Shown here piece by piece: positions 39,905 through 49,969 of a stretch of 64,000 nucleotides of DNA. The stretch is from Candidatus Cloacimonadales bacterium. GTDB taxonomy: Bacteria > Cloacimonadota > Cloacimonadia > Cloacimonadales > JAFGVF01. The position numbers were made by a program, and so were the translations under genes. A model generated the notes under the pieces. It was not told where the DNA came from, did no database searches, and saw only the letters and a program-made list of their open reading frames with translations. The stretch covers positions 2,400,001-2,464,000 of the forward strand of contig OY759729.1 in NCBI GenBank assembly GCA_963662585.1. The letters are read 5' to 3'. Position 1 is the stretch's first letter, and each line of letters opens with the position of its first letter.

Positions 39905-40780
39905 TTATTTTACGATTATCGGTACATAAATATCAAATTTAGATGTTTCTGGATGTTCCTCAGAGAATCTTTCATCAAAAATTTCCAATTCATCTCCCTC
40001 TGCCCATTCATAATCGACAGTTTTAATCCATTCACAGCTAATATATCCATAGGTTTCTCCTAAGGTAGCTGTAGCTCCTTCATGAGTAAATACCGCATAA
40101 GTAGCTGGTTTTACTGTGTAAGTTTCTAAGTTAGGATTGGTAGGAGTATTAGCCTTTTTAATCATACCAACGAAATATGAAAATTCATCATCAGGACCAG
40201 GAGCTTGTTCCACAAACTGAGGGTGTGGAGGACAGATAGCTATATAGGAATCATTTTTATAATCGAAGTCTTTTCCTAAAATTTCTTTAAACTCATACCA
40301 TAGTTGATGAATAGAACCATCACTATGTTTAACCTTTCGTTTTAAACCAACAGCTTTAATTTCAGACATCTCTTTGATTTTGTAATTCATCTTTGTTCCT
40401 TTTGTTTTTGTTTCATAGAACTGCAGTACTAATTTTGGTGTGTAATTCATCAGCTGATTGTTTCTTCTATATACAAGAGGAGTATCATGAAACTGCTTTC
40501 TAAAGGCTCTAATGAATGATTCTGTAGTAATAAAACAATATTTGCCGGCTAGGTGTTTTATCTGAGAATCTCCTTCTAATAGATCTTTCGAAGCTTCGGA
40601 TAATCTTCTCTCTCTTACATAACTTTTTAATGTATATCCTGTAAAAGTATAAAATACTCGCATAAAATGATAGAGAGAGAACCCTACATTATCTGCTATA
40701 TCTTCCATCTCAAGGTTTACGGTAAGGTTCCTTTCAATGTAATCGATACTATTTTGAATAATTCTATAATAATCAGGCAT
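39905..40780 (-). CDS. AraC-family regulator with GyrI-like effector domain
   Basis: FSLYHFMRVF...ESFIRAFRKQF; YAVFTHEG, ELEIFDERF, DIYVPI. Confidence 0.92.
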   Translation of the reverse strand: MPDYYRIIQNSIDYIERNLTVNLEMEDIADNVGFSLYHFMRVFYTFTGYTLKSYVRERRLSEASKDLLEGDSQIKHLAGKYCFITTESFIRAFRKQFHDTPLVYRRNNQLMNYTPKLVLQFYETKTKGTKMNYKIKEMSEIKAVGLKRKVKHSDGSIHQLWYEFKEILGKDFDYKNDSYIAICPPHPQFVEQAPGPDDEFSYFVGMIKKANTPTNPNLETYTVKPATYAVFTHEGATATLGETYGYISCEWIKTVDYEWAEGDELEIFDERFSEEHPETSKFDIYVPIIVK

Positions 40781-41105
40781 ACTATAATTCCTTTCATTAT
40801 TGACTTTTTTTGCTTATACACCTTCAAGTTATTACTGTCAATTTAATTATTTGAAAATCACTAAAAAGTGACTCCCTTGATAGCCAGGAGGTGGGAGAAT
40901 GCTTAAATTAGACAAATGGCTTATTAATGGGATTTATAGGGTGTTCATGGCTGTAAAGAATGAGTTTGCTACTCTTGTAATTACTTGTAGATTGTTTGTA
41001 TAAGCTTGTTAGTATCGAACAACTATCAGAGGCGAAACTATCAAATATTTGACAAAATAGTCAATATAAGAATTATTAGTACAGTTAATGACTAAAGGAG
41101 TTATA

Positions 41106-41939
41106 ATGAGTAAAAGTATGCTATTCATTGCACTATTCTTTATTTACTTGGGAGTATCTGCGAACCAGTTAGTTGAAAGAAAAACCTACAGCTATGATGC
41201 ACTTAGTAGAAAAAGTAGTAGCCAAAATAATGACTCTAAGGAAATATATTTGTTTAAAAAGAGTTCGTTGGAGAACCGTATTACTCCAGTTATGAACCGT
41301 TCTTTTCTTGATAAAGTAGAGAACTTGTCATTTGATGTTTTGAATGAAGATATTAGAAACTATAATTATGATTCAAACCAATTTAAAAGAAATGTTGATT
41401 ATGAGAAACAACATTTCACAATTCTAAATAAAGTTAATGCTAAAAGTCTTTTCTCACAACAAAATTGTGCTGATAGCCTTATTTATTACTTAAAAGAAGA
41501 TATTTATAGTGATAATCCCAGCCACAAAAGCTATAAAATTGTATGCATTATGACTGATAGGAGAACTCAGCAGTACTTTAATGATAATGAAAAGAAGGAT
41601 ATGTTAATCTCAATTAAGAATGATTTTCTTCCATATATTAAATTAGTAGATGTGAAATCTCCTGATAAAACTTATGCGATTCCAGGGTCAAAATTATCTA
41701 GACTACTTTCATCACCTCAATTTACAGCATCTTACTTGTTAAGAGCATTAGGTAATGGTAGTGGAATACCTACATGGCTGGAATCTTATGGTACAAATCT
41801 AGAATATGAACATTATACCCTATTTTCACAAACAACCTACCCAAAAGATAGTAAGAATCATTATTCTGATAAACATATACGGTTTGTAAATCTTGATTAT
41901 CTGGAAGAAATTACTGGAAAAATAATAAGTAATATTTAG
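41106..41939 (+). CDS. Hypothetical secreted protein
   Basis: Signal peptide MSKSMLFIALFFIYLGVSA after AAGGAG RBS; family not recognised. Confidence 0.7.
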   Translation: MSKSMLFIALFFIYLGVSANQLVERKTYSYDALSRKSSSQNNDSKEIYLFKKSSLENRITPVMNRSFLDKVENLSFDVLNEDIRNYNYDSNQFKRNVDYEKQHFTILNKVNAKSLFSQQNCADSLIYYLKEDIYSDNPSHKSYKIVCIMTDRRTQQYFNDNEKKDMLISIKNDFLPYIKLVDVKSPDKTYAIPGSKLSRLLSSPQFTASYLLRALGNGSGIPTWLESYGTNLEYEHYTLFSQTTYPKDSKNHYSDKHIRFVNLDYLEEITGKIISNI

Positions 41940-41941
41940 CA

Positions 41942-42860
41942 TTTTAAATGCATAAGAAAGAAGTTATAGTGTTCAAAATGTTAGAAATGAAGTGAGATTC
42001 TTGAGAGTTAAAGCACGATTATGGACTGCAGGCATCTCTGCCTCCTGAGATTAAAGATTAGACTTAATACAGTTTTTTGGAAGCCTTCTTAAAAAGTCCC
42101 TTAACACAGAGTAAAGATGAGTTTTAAGAAGTTTTCACAGAGTTTTAGAAAAGTTTTGAGAATGTGATAAGATCTCTTCTGTCGGACGGTGGACATTTTG
42201 TCCGCCTCATTGTAAAACAATGATAATCCCAGCGGGATGTCATATAATAGGGAGTGTTCGCAAGACACTCCTAAAGTTACGACAAAAAGATAGCCCTACA
42301 GGGGCGACATACACTAAAAAAGTTGAAAGAAAAGACAAAGAGAAATGCAAATACTTTCACACTAATTAACACAAATTAAAAGGAATTTTCATGAATGTAG
42401 TGGCAAAACACTTTTTGCTTTCTAAAAACTGGATAATGACCTCTTTAATCCTAAAAGAAAATCATCAAGGAATTATATAGATAATCCCTGTAAGGGTTTA
42501 CTAAAATTCATATAATAAATCTCGGGTATACATGCTTTTATTTCGCCCTAAAAAAGGGCTCACTTTTGTTGGGTGTCAGTGTACAGTGTCTTGCGAACAC
42601 TGCCTATTATATGTCATCCTTATAGGATTTAAGAAACATCTGGTCTGCTTTGCATCCACCCCTCTTGGAAACATTGTTTTATTAACAATGAAGCAGGGAA
42701 TTTAAGAGTTTTTCTTACTTTTCTTAAAATCAGTGGTAATTTGTGTAATCAGTGGACCAAATATTTCTTCTACCTTTGGGTAAAGGGGCTATCTTTTAGG
42801 GCGGACAGAATGTCCACCGTCCGACAGAAGAGGTCTTTTCTTCTTTTAAAATTAGTGAAA
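41942..42860. repeat. ~900-bp composite repeat region
   Basis: 41942-42083 matches 29426-29567; 42083-42500 matches 39376-39792; 42536-42843 is an inverted, diverged match of 19016-19280. Confidence 0.85.
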
Positions 42861-42974
42861 TTAGCTTGGGATGGCATAACTATAGCGTAGACCCCTGGGT
42901 AGATTCTTTTTGATAGATTATTTTTATGTAGTATGTTTGAGTAGATAAAGTAGCTTATGTTTAATGAGTATTAT

Positions 42975-43052
<78 letters not shown>

Positions 43053-43101
43053 TCCTAATAAAGATGAAGTACAAATTAACCGATAAGTACTTCGAAAAAG
43101 A

Positions 43102-43122
43102 AAGCCAACCTTAAGTTGGCTT
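43102..43122 (-). terminator. Terminator inside the tRNA array
   Basis: Minus strand aagccaac-ttaag-gttggctt followed by tcttttt. Confidence 0.7.
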
Positions 43123-43131
43123 GTAAGATGA

Positions 43132-43207
43132 TGGTGGGCGCAGAGGGACTTGAACCCCCGACCACTTGCTTGTAAGGCAAGAGCTCTCCCAACTGAGCTA
43201 TACGCCC
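43132..43207 (-). tRNA. tRNA-Val(TAC)
   Basis: GGGCGTATAGCTCAG...CTTGC-CTTACAA-GCAAG...GTTCAAGTC...GCCCACCA. Confidence 0.97.
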
Positions 43208-43244
43208 GATGTATAAGAAATTTTAATAATCGGATTAAAAATGA

Positions 43245-43320
43245 TGGTGGGCGCAGAGGGACTTGAACCCCCGACCACTTGCTTGTAAGGCAAGAGCTCT
43301 CCCAACTGAGCTATACGCCC
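43245..43320 (-). tRNA. tRNA-Val(TAC)
   Basis: Identical to 43132-43207. Confidence 0.97.
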
Positions 43321-43343
43321 ATCATTATTAACATAAATCGAAT

Positions 43344-43421
<78 letters not shown>

Positions 43422-43542
43422 TTTCGAATATGTGATATCATATTTGTGAATTGCCTATTTTCTGTCAAGAACCTTTTTTAAAACTTTTTTAAATTATCAA
43501 TCCTTACCATTATATCTTACTATAAATAAGATAGATAGATAA

Positions 43543-43770
43543 CTAATAATTTTTTAAAAATGTTAAAAGTTTATCAGCTTCGTCGGCAAAATCTTCGGCA
43601 ATTAGTACTTTGATAAGGGAATTTTTCTTATCAATAGTAGTATAATTAAATACTCCTTCCCAGGCTTCAAGAATGAAGCAGAAGAGAATTTGATCTTTAG
43701 AGTTGATTTGAATAGTCAAATCAATCGTCTTATCAAGTAGAGTTTTTTTATCAATAATTTGAAAATTCAT
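43543..43770 (-). CDS. Small hypothetical protein (DUF4911-like)
   Basis: FILEAWEG...TTID pattern; directly downstream of lon. Confidence 0.7.
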   Translation of the reverse strand: MNFQIIDKKTLLDKTIDLTIQINSKDQILFCFILEAWEGVFNYTTIDKKNSLIKVLIAEDFADEADKLLTFLKNY

Positions 43771-43771
43771 T

Positions 43772-46129
43772 TTAGTTCTTTTTCTTAATCAAGGCTAATT
43801 CTAGGACTTCTGAGATAGTAGAGACAGGAGTAATAGTTAATCCATTTTTAATCTCATCACTAATCTCTTCTAGGTCTTTCTCATTTTTCTGAGGAATAAG
43901 CACTTTAAAGATTCCTTCTCTTTTGGCAGCAATAAGTTTTTCAGGGAGTCCTCCGATTGGTAAGACATGTCCTGAGAGAGTTATTTCTCCAGTCATGGCG
44001 ATATCGTGTCTTACGGGAATATCGCTTAAGACAGAGATGATAGCTGTGGCCATGGTAACGCCGGCAGAAGGTCCATCTTTAGGAACTGCACCTTCAGGGA
44101 TATGGAGATGGATATCAAAGTTTTTATAGAAATCCTGAGGGATATTATACTCTTCAGCGTGAAGTCTGGCAAAACTTATTGCAGCTTGAGCTGATTCTTT
44201 CATAACATCACCGAGCTGACCTGTAAGGCTTATTTTACCTTCACCAGGAAGTTTAACTACTTCGATAGTGAGAGTTTCTCCTCCTACAGCAGTCCAAGCT
44301 AATCCATTAACAACACCAATTTTAGATTTTTTATTGGTTTCAGAATGGGAATATTTCTCTATTCCCAGGTATTTATGGATGTGCTTTTGGGTAAGAGTAA
44401 CACTTTTTTTAATTTCGCCTTTTAGGTGGTCTTTTATAATCTTTCTCAAGACTTTAGCAATAGTTCTTTCTAAGTTTCTTACACCTGATTCGCGAGTATA
44501 GAACTTGACTATATAATGAATAATTTCATCACTGAAGTTTATTTTGAGCAATTTTGTTAGGGAATGTTCTTCCATTTGGCGGGGGATAAGGTGATTCCTA
44601 GCAATATTTACTTTTTCATATTCTGTATAGCCTGGAAGTTCAATAAGCTCCATTCTATCAAGTAAAGGTCTTGGAATCGAATGAATATCGTTAGCAGTAG
44701 TAATAAAAACTACTTTAGATAAATCATATTCGATATCAATATAGTGGTCACGGAAGTGAGAATTTTGTTCAGGGTCAAGAACCTCGAGTAGGGCAGAAGC
44801 TGGGTCTCCACGGAAGTCTGAGCTAAGTTTATCTATTTCATCCATCATAATTAAAGGATTAGTAGATTTAGCTTTTTTCATTGAGTGTAGAATAATACCA
44901 GGAATAGCACCGACATAAGTTCTTCTATGTCCTCTAATTTCGGCTTCATCTCTAACTCCACCGAGGGAGATGCGGACAAAATCTCTACCGAGAGAGGCAG
45001 CAATAGATTTACCAAGAGAGGTTTTTCCCACACCTGGAGGTCCCGCAAAACAGATGATTTGACCTTTTACGCCATTACTGATTTGCATTACACTTATGTA
45101 TTCTAAAATCCTCTCTTTCACATCTTTGAGTCCGTAGTGATCGCGATTAAGTATCTCTTCAGATTTGTCAATATCGACAGCTACATCATTATTAGCTTCC
45201 CAAGGTAGGTCAAGAACCCAAGTTATATAGTTTAATAATACTGTATGTTCTTGTGATTGAGGGTTTATTCTACTAAGTTTTTTAAATTCTTCTTCAACTT
45301 TGTCACGGGCTGCCTCAGAAAGAGGAGTATCTTTGATTCTTTTTTTAAGGTTAATCAAGTCAGAATCACTATCTTCAGCAATACCTAATTCTTTATGAAT
45401 TTGTTTTAACTGTTCATTTAGAAAATACTCTTTTTGAATTTTACTGAGACTAGATCTTACTTCATTTTCAATATTCTTTTCTAAACGAATAATCTCAGCT
45501 TCTTTATTTATGTAGAGGATAAGACTTTTGAGTCCTTTTAGGAAATCTGTATGTTGAAAAATAGCTTGTTTGGTTCTACTATTTAAATCTATATAATTGA
45601 GACAGAAGTAGAAAAGTTCATCTTTGTCTTCAATCATCTCAACAGCTTGAATTAGCTCATCAGGAATTCTATTATTAAGTCTGACATAGTTCTTAAAAGA
45701 TGTTTTTAGATTACGAAGATAGGCTTCAATAACATCTAAATCTTCAAAACTAATAGTTTTCTCAATAATTTCTACTTCAGCTTTGAGGTAGTTATCTTTT
45801 TGGAAGAATCTTTTAACCTTAACCATTTCTATACCTTCGCAAAGAAGTCTTAAGTTTCCGTCAGGAAGAGGGAATTCTTGAGAAATAAGAGACATTGTAC
45901 CAAAGCGGTAGATATCTCTAGAAGTTGGGTATTCTTGGAACTCTTCATCATTCTTCTGAGGAATACACAGAATAGTTTGGTTATTTTCAATCGCATCTTT
46001 GGCAGCCGCTAAAGTTTGTTTTCTACCTATTAAGATAGGAACTACCACTTTGGGCACTTGAATCATCTTCCTAAGAGGGATAACATTTAAAATTATTTTA
46101 TCTTTTTTGGATTTTGTTGCCATAAACAT
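43772..46129 (-). CDS. lon: Lon protease
   Basis: DHYGLKDVKERI, GPPGVGKTS, GHRRTYVGA, PKDGPSAG, PIGGL.EK. Confidence 0.97.
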   Translation of the reverse strand: MFMATKSKKDKIILNVIPLRKMIQVPKVVVPILIGRKQTLAAAKDAIENNQTILCIPQKNDEEFQEYPTSRDIYRFGTMSLISQEFPLPDGNLRLLCEGIEMVKVKRFFQKDNYLKAEVEIIEKTISFEDLDVIEAYLRNLKTSFKNYVRLNNRIPDELIQAVEMIEDKDELFYFCLNYIDLNSRTKQAIFQHTDFLKGLKSLILYINKEAEIIRLEKNIENEVRSSLSKIQKEYFLNEQLKQIHKELGIAEDSDSDLINLKKRIKDTPLSEAARDKVEEEFKKLSRINPQSQEHTVLLNYITWVLDLPWEANNDVAVDIDKSEEILNRDHYGLKDVKERILEYISVMQISNGVKGQIICFAGPPGVGKTSLGKSIAASLGRDFVRISLGGVRDEAEIRGHRRTYVGAIPGIILHSMKKAKSTNPLIMMDEIDKLSSDFRGDPASALLEVLDPEQNSHFRDHYIDIEYDLSKVVFITTANDIHSIPRPLLDRMELIELPGYTEYEKVNIARNHLIPRQMEEHSLTKLLKINFSDEIIHYIVKFYTRESGVRNLERTIAKVLRKIIKDHLKGEIKKSVTLTQKHIHKYLGIEKYSHSETNKKSKIGVVNGLAWTAVGGETLTIEVVKLPGEGKISLTGQLGDVMKESAQAAISFARLHAEEYNIPQDFYKNFDIHLHIPEGAVPKDGPSAGVTMATAIISVLSDIPVRHDIAMTGEITLSGHVLPIGGLPEKLIAAKREGIFKVLIPQKNEKDLEEISDEIKNGLTITPVSTISEVLELALIKKKN

Positions 46130-46214
46130 TCTCCTTAGTACATAGTTAGCTTTATATTTTTATCTTTAATTTAATAGAATAGAATTTTTTAAAGGGGAAA
46201 TTAGTCAAGTAATA

Positions 46215-47297
46215 TTAAAATTCTTCGTAGGCAGAGATACTTATGGAGTGACCCTCTTGGGTAAAGGCTATATCAAAACGCATATTCAATTTATCCTCAG
46301 AATTTGTCAGTTTATATCTAAAGCCAGTTCCATAGGAGTATTTTAGATTGGAGAGATTAATCTCTTCGATTTCATGGGCTACTTTTCCAGCTTCCACAAA
46401 GAGAACAAAGCCTGCTCTAGTATATACTCCATAGGTAAAGGGGGAAGTGCGTATTTCTGCTCTTCCTGCTATTCTGTGCTTATCCATAAATCTTCTTGAG
46501 GAATAGCCTCTAAGTCTATCACCCAACTTAGCTAGGCGTTGAAAAGGAACATCGCCATTAGTAATTTTAGCATCTAAATGGGTAGCTAAAATTAGACTAG
46601 GTGAGCTGGAAAAATAGTTTTTTAGGTCTATCTCAGTCATTGCAAAGTCATAATCACTTCCCCAGTTTGGCTGATAATTACGATAAGAGAATCTGTAATA
46701 TAATCCCTTAGAGGGGTAGTTAACTTGATTTCTTGTATCGAGTTTCAAGACTGATCCGATGCCGTTAAACCAACCACCATCATTTCCGAGAGTGTTATCC
46801 CAATCGATATATTCATTAATATCTCTTTTGGTAACTTCTAAATGGCCAAACTCAGCATTAACTCCTAAGAAGAGTTCTTTATAAAGCCTGCGATAAAGAT
46901 CAAATTCAAAGCTGTATTCTATTTCAGTATAGTTAGTTTTAGAATCTTTACTGCTATCATTGCCAAATTCATAAATGTCTGTAGGCCAGCTTCTAGTTCT
47001 TAAAGCAAAAGAAGTTGAGTAATCTTTTTGAAAAGCAAATTGAGCTTTTGTGATATATCGGAATTGATTCTTAAGGGAGTGCTGGATAACATTAGACCAC
47101 TGTCCTTCAAAGTTTTCCTTACTCTGGGCTGTGTCATAAATTACTACACCACCATAGACTAAAGAAGTCTCTTCTGCATAAGCTAAAAGAGGAAAGAAAA
47201 ACCAGTGTTTAACTTGCTGATAACCATATTCAACTTGTGAAAATAGGGTAGAGGTAAATATTAAAAATGCTATTATTATTTTTATCTTCATTAGCAA
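46215..47297 (-). CDS. Omp85/BamA-TamA-family barrel protein without POTRA domains
   Basis: Signal peptide; LDTRN...YPSKG, LRGY, C-terminal EEF. Confidence 0.8.
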   Translation of the reverse strand: MLMKIKIIIAFLIFTSTLFSQVEYGYQQVKHWFFFPLLAYAEETSLVYGGVVIYDTAQSKENFEGQWSNVIQHSLKNQFRYITKAQFAFQKDYSTSFALRTRSWPTDIYEFGNDSSKDSKTNYTEIEYSFEFDLYRRLYKELFLGVNAEFGHLEVTKRDINEYIDWDNTLGNDGGWFNGIGSVLKLDTRNQVNYPSKGLYYRFSYRNYQPNWGSDYDFAMTEIDLKNYFSSSPSLILATHLDAKITNGDVPFQRLAKLGDRLRGYSSRRFMDKHRIAGRAEIRTSPFTYGVYTRAGFVLFVEAGKVAHEIEEINLSNLKYSYGTGFRYKLTNSEDKLNMRFDIAFTQEGHSISISAYEEF

Positions 47298-47300
47298 CCA

Positions 47301-48830
47301 TTACTTCTTCTTGGCATTATGAATATCACGAATTATCTCTTCAACTTTTCTAAAATTAACTTTACCAGAAGCCATTAATGGAAGTTCATCTAAGACATAA
47401 TACTCCTTAGGAACCATTAAACTTGGAAGTTCTTTCTTCATGTATTTATGAATCTGTTTAGCTTCTATCTCTTTAGTAGTTACTGCAGCAACAATTTCAG
47501 CTCCTTTTTTAATATTAGGAACTTCAACCACACAACAGAGAGTCTCAGCAGGTAAGATTGTCTCTAAAACAGATTCAACTCTGGTTAAGGAGACCATTTC
47601 ACCACCAATTTTAACAAATCTTCTAAGTCTTCCTCTGTGGGTAATATAACCTTCCTGGTCAATTACACCCATATCTCCTGTATCATACCAACCATCTCTA
47701 ATGCGTAAAGAGGTCTCTTCATAATCATTGTAATAACCAATGGTAACTAAATCACCTTTTACTAATATCTTTCCTTCAACTCCAGCCTTTACTTCTTTAC
47801 CTGTAACTCTATCTACTATCTTAACTTTTGTGCCAGGAAGAGGTTTCCCAACACTTCCTACTTTATTGTTTTTATGATAGTTGGTGCTAATAACAGGACT
47901 TGTTTCGGTAGCTCCATAACCTTCATAAAGTTCTAGATTATGCTTTTGTAAGTATTCATCTCTGATTTGCTTAGGAAGTTTGTCTGCTCCAGAAATAGCA
48001 ATATTAACAGAAGCAAAATCTCCTGCTTCAGATTTTTGTAAATAGCCGTGATAGAAGGTAGGTGTTCCCACCATGAGAGTAACTTGATGTTTCTTAATAG
48101 ATTTGCAAACAAGCTTATAATCTAAAGGATTGGCTATAGTGATAGTCTTTCCTCCATAAAGAAGAGGAGTCCAGAAAGTTACAGTAATTCCGAAGACATG
48201 GAAAAGAGGAAGATTGGCTAGGAATACCTCATTCTTAATGTCAGGAACAACAGTAGTGAATCCCTTTACATTATGCATTATGTTTCTGTGGCTTAATTGC
48301 ACAGCTTTAGGATCTTTTTCTGACCCACTGGTAAAGAGGATAACAGCAGTTTCATCTCTATCACCTTTATGAACCAATTTTTGAATCATCTGGGTGGGAA
48401 GTTTAGATATTGCCATACCTTTTACTTTATCTATAAGATTAACATTAGTTAGGATATCCTCAATATTTATCATTCCTTCAATAGGCTTAATAGCGAGCTT
48501 TTCCAGTAGTTTTTCAGTTGTAACAGTTGTCATGAAATTACACTTCTCTTGAGCATATTTCACATTTTGGAGAGCTCCAACCGAGTAGTTTATCATAACA
48601 GGAGTCTTATCAGCTATTAAAAGTGCTATGGTGGTAACTAAACATCCAAAAGATGTTGGAATCATTACCCCAATATTCTTTTCCGGAAACTTTTTGTACT
48701 TTTCAGATAGTACTAAAGCTGCCAATAAAAGCTTCCCATAAGTTACAGATTTACCGGCATTAACATCTACTATTGCTATGTCATTGGGATATTTTTTAGC
48801 AATCTCAATGAATCTTTGATGTAATTGCAT
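47301..48830 (-). CDS. AMP-dependent acyl-ACP/CoA synthetase (Aas synthetase-like)
   Basis: LFTSGSEKDPKAV, LPLFHVFG, EGYGATETSP, GWYDTGD, RFVKIGGEMVSL. Confidence 0.88.
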   Translation of the reverse strand: MQLHQRFIEIAKKYPNDIAIVDVNAGKSVTYGKLLLAALVLSEKYKKFPEKNIGVMIPTSFGCLVTTIALLIADKTPVMINYSVGALQNVKYAQEKCNFMTTVTTEKLLEKLAIKPIEGMINIEDILTNVNLIDKVKGMAISKLPTQMIQKLVHKGDRDETAVILFTSGSEKDPKAVQLSHRNIMHNVKGFTTVVPDIKNEVFLANLPLFHVFGITVTFWTPLLYGGKTITIANPLDYKLVCKSIKKHQVTLMVGTPTFYHGYLQKSEAGDFASVNIAISGADKLPKQIRDEYLQKHNLELYEGYGATETSPVISTNYHKNNKVGSVGKPLPGTKVKIVDRVTGKEVKAGVEGKILVKGDLVTIGYYNDYEETSLRIRDGWYDTGDMGVIDQEGYITHRGRLRRFVKIGGEMVSLTRVESVLETILPAETLCCVVEVPNIKKGAEIVAAVTTKEIEAKQIHKYMKKELPSLMVPKEYYVLDELPLMASGKVNFRKVEEIIRDIHNAKKK

Positions 48831-49022
48831 AATTTATTTTTGTCCTTTATTTAATCTATTCTATCAAATCATATCTATTCATTCAAAAATTAAAAGTTGA
48901 TAGCTGTCAATTAATTTTTATAAACTATAAATTTTTAAGGAGCAAAACTTGTTAGAAAATACTAAACCCAAATAATGTTGTTGACCTTCGTTAACTGCAC
49001 TATCTGGGTTTAAACTTTTAAT

Positions 49023-49967
49023 CTATTCTCTACCTTCTCTAAAGTAGGCATTTCCTAGATTCTTAGGCATATTGGATCTAGTACCTCTAATTTGGATTAA
49101 TAAGAGGAAGAGAATGGTAAAGATATAAGGAACTGATTTTAGTAATTGAGGAGATAACTCTACACCGAAGGCTTGCAAACGAGGAATTATAGCTTCCATG
49201 CCACCAAAAAGATAAGCTCCAACAAAGACAAAGAGAGGTCTCCAATTTGAGAAGATAACTAAAGCGATAGTAATCCAACCTCGTCCAGCAGTCATGCCAT
49301 CTCCCCATAAAGAAGAATAAACAACTGATAGATAGGCACCTGAAATACCACAAAGTAAACCACCTAGGAGGGTTGAAAGATATCTCACTCTTGTTACCTT
49401 AATTCCCATGATCTCACTGGCAAGAGGTTCTTCACCTGTAGCTCTAATAGCTAAGCCCCATTTGGTCTTATTTAATATAAACCAAGCGATTACAGGAACG
49501 AAATATGATAGATAAACAAATATATTATGATTAAAAAGAATTTCCCCAATGAAAGGAATATCTCCTAAAAGAGGGATCTTAATTGGCACAATCCAAGCCT
49601 TTACACTTTCAGCAAGTGGCATTTTAACAAAACCTTTACCCAAGAAAGAACTGACACCTCCTCCAAACATAGTAAGAGCTAGACCAGAAACAACTTGATT
49701 TGCTCGAAGTGTGATAGTAACAAAGGCATGAATTAAGGCTACTGAAGCTCCAACTAATCCAGCTACTAAAAAGGCTAAGAAGATGTTCTGAGTAAGTACT
49801 GCAGTTGCATATCCGGAAAAAGCACCCAGCAGTAACATTCCTTCAACGCCAAGGTTCAGAACTCCTGAGCGTTCAGTGTAAATTTCACCAACAGTGGCAA
49901 ATATCATAATTGTACCACTTTTTATAGCAGAAACTAATAAGGTAACTATTATTTCATAAAAACTCAT
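49023..49967 (-). CDS. Nucleoside ABC permease 2
   Basis: ERSGVLNLGVEG, GRGWITIALV. Confidence 0.9.
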   Translation of the reverse strand: MSFYEIIVTLLVSAIKSGTIMIFATVGEIYTERSGVLNLGVEGMLLLGAFSGYATAVLTQNIFLAFLVAGLVGASVALIHAFVTITLRANQVVSGLALTMFGGGVSSFLGKGFVKMPLAESVKAWIVPIKIPLLGDIPFIGEILFNHNIFVYLSYFVPVIAWFILNKTKWGLAIRATGEEPLASEIMGIKVTRVRYLSTLLGGLLCGISGAYLSVVYSSLWGDGMTAGRGWITIALVIFSNWRPLFVFVGAYLFGGMEAIIPRLQAFGVELSPQLLKSVPYIFTILFLLLIQIRGTRSNMPKNLGNAYFREGRE

Positions 49968-49969
49968 GA

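Noticed and set aside
39100..40790. Similar starts MPDRLIIQ and MPDYYRIIQ of the hydratase and AraC ORFs
   Set aside because: Only 9 bp shared, and the hydratase more likely starts at 39080 after its own RBS.
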